Positions 59,273-64,000 of a stretch of DNA of 64,000 bases are shown here, one piece after another. The notes below the pieces were generated by a model, which saw only the letters and a list, made by a program, of their open reading frames with translations, made no database searches and was not told the origin of the DNA. Position 1 is the first letter of the stretch; each line of letters opens with the position of its first letter. The translations under genes and the position numbers were made by a program. Source of the DNA: an uncultured Corynebacterium sp. (GTDB lineage: Bacteria > Actinomycetota > Actinomycetes > Mycobacteriales > Mycobacteriaceae); assembly GCF_946221105.1 (NCBI RefSeq), contig NZ_CAMICL010000002.1, positions 14,541-78,540 on the forward strand. Reading direction: 5' to 3'.

Positions 59273-60250
59273 ATGACAGAACAGGGTAAAAAAGTCCTCC
59301 TCGCATCCCCCCGCGGCTACTGCGCCGGCGTCGACCGCGCCGTGGAGACCGTAGAGAAGGCCCTGGAGAAATACGGCGCACCCGTCTACGTGCGCAAAGA
59401 GATCGTCCACAACAAGTACGTCGTGGAAACGCTGCAGGACCGCGGCGTGATCTTCGTCGACGAGACCGATGAGGTCCCCGAAGGTGCGCACCTGGTCTTC
59501 TCCGCCCACGGTGTCTCCCCGGCGGTGCGCGACTCCGCAAAGAGCCGCAACCTGCTCACTCTCGACGCGTCATGCCCGCTGGTGACCAAGGTGCACAACG
59601 AGGCCAAGCGCTTCGCCCGCGACGGCTACCACATCCTGCTCGTCGGCCACGAGGGTCACGAGGAGGTCGAGGGCACCGCCGGTGAGGCCCCAGAGATCAC
59701 GCACCTTGTCGACGGCGTGGACGGCGTGGACCGCCTGCCCGACTTCCCGGACGACCAGAAGCTGGTGTGGCTGTCCCAGACCACGCTTTCGGTGGACGAG
59801 ACGATGGTGATCGTGGACAAGCTCCACGAGCGCTACCCGAACCTGGAAAACCCGCCGAGCGACGACATCTGCTACGCCACCCAGAACCGCCAGGCCGCGG
59901 TCAAGGAAATCGCCCCGCGCTGCGAGCTGGTCATCGTGGTCGGCTCCCAGAACTCCTCGAACTCCCGCCGCCTGGTCGAGGTGGCGCTGGAAGCCGGCGC
60001 GCAGGCCTCCTACCTGGTGGACTACGCCTCCCAGATCAAGGACGAATGGTTCGAGGGCGTGAACACCGTCGGCGTGACCTCGGGCGCGTCCGTGCCGGAG
60101 ATCCTGGTCAAGGAGCTGGTGGAGGAGCTCGGCCGCCGCGGCTACTCGGACGCGGAGGAAGTGACCACCACCGTGGAGACCATCACGTTCTCCCTGCCGC
60201 GCGACCTGCGGCTGCCGCGCCGCGAGACCCCGGCGGTGGCGCAGGGGTAA
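59273..60250 (+). CDS. ispH: 4-hydroxy-3-methylbut-2-enyl diphosphate reductase.
   Basis: Three Fe-S Cys ligands and IspH/LytB motifs. Confidence 0.93.
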   Translation: MTEQGKKVLLASPRGYCAGVDRAVETVEKALEKYGAPVYVRKEIVHNKYVVETLQDRGVIFVDETDEVPEGAHLVFSAHGVSPAVRDSAKSRNLLTLDASCPLVTKVHNEAKRFARDGYHILLVGHEGHEEVEGTAGEAPEITHLVDGVDGVDRLPDFPDDQKLVWLSQTTLSVDETMVIVDKLHERYPNLENPPSDDICYATQNRQAAVKEIAPRCELVIVVGSQNSSNSRRLVEVALEAGAQASYLVDYASQIKDEWFEGVNTVGVTSGASVPEILVKELVEELGRRGYSDAEEVTTTVETITFSLPRDLRLPRRETPAVAQG

Positions 60251-60266
60251 AACCCGGGGCTCGCTG

Positions 60267-60950
60267 TTAGCCCTTGTAGAGGTCCTCGCCGAGCCGCTCC
60301 GCAATCGAAGTGGAGCCGGACCGCGGGGACTTTTTCTGTGCCCGTTCGGTGCGCCCGGCACGCTCGGCCCGCTCGGTGCGCTCAGAATCGGCGCGGCGCA
60401 GAAGCTCGTCCACCGACACCGCCTTGGCGCGCTCGCGGGCGCGGCGCCCCTCGGAATTCGTGCGGCGGTTGCTGCGGTTGATCCGGGTGCGCTCGGCGGT
60501 CTCGCGGCGCAGCAGCTGCGCGTTGTGGCGCTTGATCAAGCGGATGCGCACAAACGCGATGACGATCGAGCCCAGTGTGACGGCGAACAGCACCGGAAAC
60601 AGCTCGGTGACGGGGTAGAACACCAGCAGCAGCGCGGCCTTGCCGGAGGAGCCGCCGGCCGCGATCTCGGTGCGCGACATCACCCAGCCGGCGACCACCA
60701 CCGCGATCACGAACAGGATCGGCGCGCTGGCCACGTTGAGGAACAGCCCCCGCGGGTTGACCAGTGTGGCCACCACAATCACCGCGACGGCGTAGAGGGC
60801 CAGAAACGGCCAGCCGATCACCCCGGTGGAAAGCGACAGCAGCACGCCGGTGAACAGCGTGGCGAAGATGATGCCAATGCCGGACCCCGTGGGCAACCCG
60901 TGAAACGTTGCGGACGGGGAGGTTGAGTTCCGGTGAGAGACATGCGACAC
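60267..60950 (-). CDS. DUF6542-like membrane protein with an Arg/Glu-rich C-terminal tail.
   Basis: Four TMs and a low-complexity RE-rich tail. GTG start. Confidence 0.5.
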   Translation of the reverse strand: MSHVSHRNSTSPSATFHGLPTGSGIGIIFATLFTGVLLSLSTGVIGWPFLALYAVAVIVVATLVNPRGLFLNVASAPILFVIAVVVAGWVMSRTEIAAGGSSGKAALLLVFYPVTELFPVLFAVTLGSIVIAFVRIRLIKRHNAQLLRRETAERTRINRSNRRTNSEGRRARERAKAVSVDELLRRADSERTERAERAGRTERAQKKSPRSGSTSIAERLGEDLYKG

Positions 60951-60961
60951 GCCAGACGAGT

Positions 60962-62008
60962 CTACTCGCCGGTGTGCTCGGCAGCGTGCCGGGCACGCGA
61001 AGAGACCGGTTTCAATGCCGGGGCCTCGCCGCGCCGCGACGGCACCTGGGCCTCCTCCAGCTTGCGGGCGGTGACCATCACGCGCGAATCCATCGACGCC
61101 AGCGTGGCGTTGTAGGCCTCCACGGCCTTGTCTAGCGAGGCGCCGACCCGGTTGTAGTGCTCAGCCATGGTGGACAACCGTTGGTGCAGCTGCCCGCCTA
61201 AGCGCTGGATTTCCTTCGCGGCGTCGTTGAGCGATTCTTGGCGCCACCCCAGCGCCACGGTGCGCAGTAGCGCGAACAGGGTGGTGGGGGTGGCGATGAC
61301 CACGTCGCGGGCGAACGCGTAGTCCAGAAGCTCGGGGTCGATGGACAGCGCGGCGTCCAGGAACGGGTCTGCCGGCACGAACAGCACCACGAACTCCGGG
61401 GTGGGCTGGAACGCCTCGATGTAGGACTTCGCCGACAAGGTGTCCACGTGCGCGCGCACCAGGTGGGCGTGGCGGCGCATGAACGCCTGGCGCTCCTCTG
61501 GGTCCTCGGTGCCCAGCGCGTCCAGGTACGCCTGGAACGGCACCTTCGCGTCGACGACGATGTTTCTGCCTTGTGTGAGGCGGATGATCATGTCGGGGCG
61601 GACGCGTGAGCCGTCGATAAGCATGTGCTCCTGGGTGTCAAAATCGACGTGCTCGAGCATGCCGCCGAGCTCAACCACCCGCTCGAGCTGGATTTCGCCC
61701 CAGCGGCCGCGGGTCTGCGGGGAGCGCAGGGCGGTGATGAGCTGGTCGGTGCGGTCGCCCAGGCGTGCCGACGTGCGCCCGATCGCCTGCACCTGGCCCG
61801 CAAGCGAGGACGCGGAAACGGCCTGCTGCTTGTCCATCTCGTCGAGCTGCTCGCGCATGTCTTTCAGCGCGCGGGCGACGGGGCGCAGGTCCTGCGGGGG
61901 CTGTTGCGGGGTGGAGCGGCGCATCCAGGCGGCGCCGGTGAACACGCCGGCGATGAAGCCCGCGAGCAGGCCGGTGGCGAGGAGCAAAAGCACGGTGGCG
62001 GTCGACAT
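60962..62008 (-). CDS. rmuC: DNA recombination protein RmuC.
   Basis: N-terminal TM, coiled-coil region and the RmuC nuclease-like C-terminal domain. Confidence 0.88.
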   Translation of the reverse strand: MSTATVLLLLATGLLAGFIAGVFTGAAWMRRSTPQQPPQDLRPVARALKDMREQLDEMDKQQAVSASSLAGQVQAIGRTSARLGDRTDQLITALRSPQTRGRWGEIQLERVVELGGMLEHVDFDTQEHMLIDGSRVRPDMIIRLTQGRNIVVDAKVPFQAYLDALGTEDPEERQAFMRRHAHLVRAHVDTLSAKSYIEAFQPTPEFVVLFVPADPFLDAALSIDPELLDYAFARDVVIATPTTLFALLRTVALGWRQESLNDAAKEIQRLGGQLHQRLSTMAEHYNRVGASLDKAVEAYNATLASMDSRVMVTARKLEEAQVPSRRGEAPALKPVSSRARHAAEHTGE

Positions 62009-62039
62009 AGCTGGCAGTCAACCACACCCGCCAGACACG

Positions 62040-63443
62040 CTAGCGTTCGGGTTCGCTCATATGTTCGCTTGGGGTGTCCTTGCTGCTGTCGCCCGACTGC
62101 CACCCGCGCAGCCGCCCAAGGCCAGTCTTGCGAAGCTTCCGCAGGCTGGAGGTGCCGAAGCGCTCGGTCTTCTCGTGCGCTTCCTCGTCCGCAACCGGCG
62201 CGTTGACCCATTCGCGCTCGCCGCGCCACTCCTGGCGTTTGTGCACGGACTCTTTCTCCACGATCTCCGCGATGACGCGGCCTTCGTCGGTGGCGAAATC
62301 GATGTCGGGCGCTCCCAGCTCGCCGGCGTTGATGCGCAGTACCTCCAGCAGGTAGCGGTACACCACCGCGACCATCGCCGCAGCAGGCACGGCGAGGAAA
62401 CCGCCGACAAGGCCGAACAGCGTGCCACCGACCGTGACCGAAACCAGCACGATCACCGGGTGCAGGTTCATCGCCCGCGACTGCAGCATGGGGGAGAGGA
62501 CGTTGCCCTCCAGCTGCTGGGTGGCCAGCACGATCGCCAGCACGATCAGCGCCTTGGTGAACCCGAGGGTGACCAGAGCGATCAGCACCGCCAGCGCGCC
62601 CGCGACCACGGCGCCGACGATCGGGATGAAGCCCGCCATGAACGTGATCAGCGCGAGCGTGAACGCCATCGGCACGCCCACGATCGCGATACCGGTGCCG
62701 ATGACGATCGCGTCTACCAGCGAGCACACCGCCTGCGCGCGGATGAACCCGGACAGGGTGTTCCAGGCGCGGGTGAGCAGCTCCGTCAGGTACAGGCCGG
62801 TGCGGCCGCCGGTGGCGGAGCGCAGCCACGGCAGGAAGCGGTGGCCGTCTTTGAGAAAGAAGAAGGTGAGCACGAACAGCACCATCAGCGTCACCGACAG
62901 CCCGGCGGCGGTGTTGATGCCGGAGAACACCCCGCCGGCGATCGCGCCCGCTTGGTTCTGGATCCACCGCTGGATCTCGTTGACGCCCTCGTTGAGGTTT
63001 TCTGGGTCCATGTTCAGCGGAGGGCCCTGCGCCCATAGCTGCAGGCGCTGAATGCCCTCGAACGCCTGGATGTACAGCAGGCGAGACTGGCCCACGATGT
63101 CCGGGGCGATCAACATGCCGATAAATGCCAGCACCCCGAAGAACAACAGCATCGTCAACAGGGCGGCGAGGCCGGAGGGGACCCTTTGGCGTCGTAAAGC
63201 AGCTGCGATTGGGGCGAGCACGGTGCACACGATGAGCGCGATGACGACCGGCAAAACACCGGCCCAAAACGTGCCGATAAGCTGGCCCACCGCGTACAAA
63301 AACACCGCGATGACCAGGATGCGCAGCGTGAACTTCGCCGCGGAAGCGATCCAGTCGTTGAACACAACGTTGCGGTCCACACGGTCTTCGCGCACGGGGG
63401 TCTTGATCGGTTCACTCACGCGCACCATTGTGCCCCATTGCAT
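62040..63443 (-). CDS. AI-2E-family transporter (PerM/YdiK-like, UPF0118).
   Basis: Eight TMs and AI-2E family motifs. The start may instead be 63428. Confidence 0.8.
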   Translation of the reverse strand: MQWGTMVRVSEPIKTPVREDRVDRNVVFNDWIASAAKFTLRILVIAVFLYAVGQLIGTFWAGVLPVVIALIVCTVLAPIAAALRRQRVPSGLAALLTMLLFFGVLAFIGMLIAPDIVGQSRLLYIQAFEGIQRLQLWAQGPPLNMDPENLNEGVNEIQRWIQNQAGAIAGGVFSGINTAAGLSVTLMVLFVLTFFFLKDGHRFLPWLRSATGGRTGLYLTELLTRAWNTLSGFIRAQAVCSLVDAIVIGTGIAIVGVPMAFTLALITFMAGFIPIVGAVVAGALAVLIALVTLGFTKALIVLAIVLATQQLEGNVLSPMLQSRAMNLHPVIVLVSVTVGGTLFGLVGGFLAVPAAAMVAVVYRYLLEVLRINAGELGAPDIDFATDEGRVIAEIVEKESVHKRQEWRGEREWVNAPVADEEAHEKTERFGTSSLRKLRKTGLGRLRGWQSGDSSKDTPSEHMSEPER

Positions 63444-63513
63444 TTTGCTTTGCGACGGCCCACCTCACGGCCCCCTCCGAACCCCGCACAAGCCTCCGCT
63501 AGGATATTGCGAC

Positions 63514-64000
63514 GTGAGCCTTACTCTTGGAATTGTCGGTCTGCCCAACGTTGGCAAGTCCACCCTGTTTAACGCCCTGACGCGCAACGAGGTGCTTGCC
63601 GCGAACTACCCGTTCGCCACCATCGAGCCCAACGTGGGCCTGGTGGAGCTGCCGGATCCTCGCCTGGACCGCCTGGCGGAAATCTTCGACTCGGAGCGCG
63701 TGCTGCCGGCGACGGTGTCCTTCGTGGACATCGCCGGCATTGTCAAGGGCGCCTCCGAGGGCGAAGGCATGGGCAACGCGTTTCTGGCCAACATCCGCGA
63801 GGCGGACGCGATCTGCCAGGTCGTGCGCGCGTTTTCCGACGACAACGTCATCCACGTCGACGGCAAAGTCGACCCGTCTTCGGACATCGAGGTCATCAAC
63901 ACCGAGCTGATCCTCGCCGACCTGCAGACCATCGAAAAGGCCCTGCCGCGCCTGGAAAAGGACGGCCGCAAGGACAAGGACGTCGCCGCCCAGGCCGAGG
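63514..64000 (+). CDS. ychF: Redox-regulated ribosome-binding ATPase YchF (Obg family). 5' portion only; the gene continues past the window end.
   Basis: G1 motif [12 protein letters not shown] start with an AGGA RBS. Confidence 0.9.
   Translation, partial: MSLTLGIVGLPNVGKSTLFNALTRNEVLAANYPFATIEPNVGLVELPDPRLDRLAEIFDSERVLPATVSFVDIAGIVKGASEGEGMGNAFLANIREADAICQVVRAFSDDNVIHVDGKVDPSSDIEVINTELILADLQTIEKALPRLEKDGRKDKDVAAQAE

Overview
This is a high-GC (about 65-68%) actinobacterial chromosome segment, most consistent with a Corynebacterium (order Mycobacteriales). The gene order matches three conserved Mycobacterium tuberculosis blocks: pth-rplY-prs-glmU-tRNA(Gln)-TetR-mfd, greA-DUF4307-mca-small membrane protein-Z-prenyl diphosphate synthase-coaA-glyA, and fumC-glpX-DUF4245-xseBA-ispH-rmuC-ychF. 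Other core genes are bioA-bioD, prfC, two pth paralogues, luxS, a photolyase gene and several transporters. I found no CRISPR array and no classical mobile element. Two tRNA genes are missing from the ORF track. One is tRNA-Gln(TTG) at 29982-30053 on the minus strand. The other is a 77-nt tRNA at 36646-36722 whose anticodon loop reads UAA although the body is a short-variable-arm (class I) tRNA, which needs checking. The accessory-looking parts are a lower-GC pocket at 2.4-7.1 kb and a gene for a Gly/Ala-rich repeat protein next to a lipoprotein gene at 27.4-30.0 kb. The pocket holds an Arch_ATPase-type AAA+ ATPase with a wHTH, perfect 19-bp TATAAAG-containing direct repeats in its leader, a DASS transporter and a DUF222 HNH endonuclease. 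It ends at an inverted repeat made of two consensus DnaA boxes. Small regulatory signals include a TGAAC-N3-GTTCA palindrome (the C. glutamicum BioQ operator type) 27 bp upstream of bioA, a nested palindrome at the MmpL 5' end, and several hairpin terminators. Many long ORFs in the six-frame track are opposite-strand or out-of-frame artefacts of high GC and are not reported.
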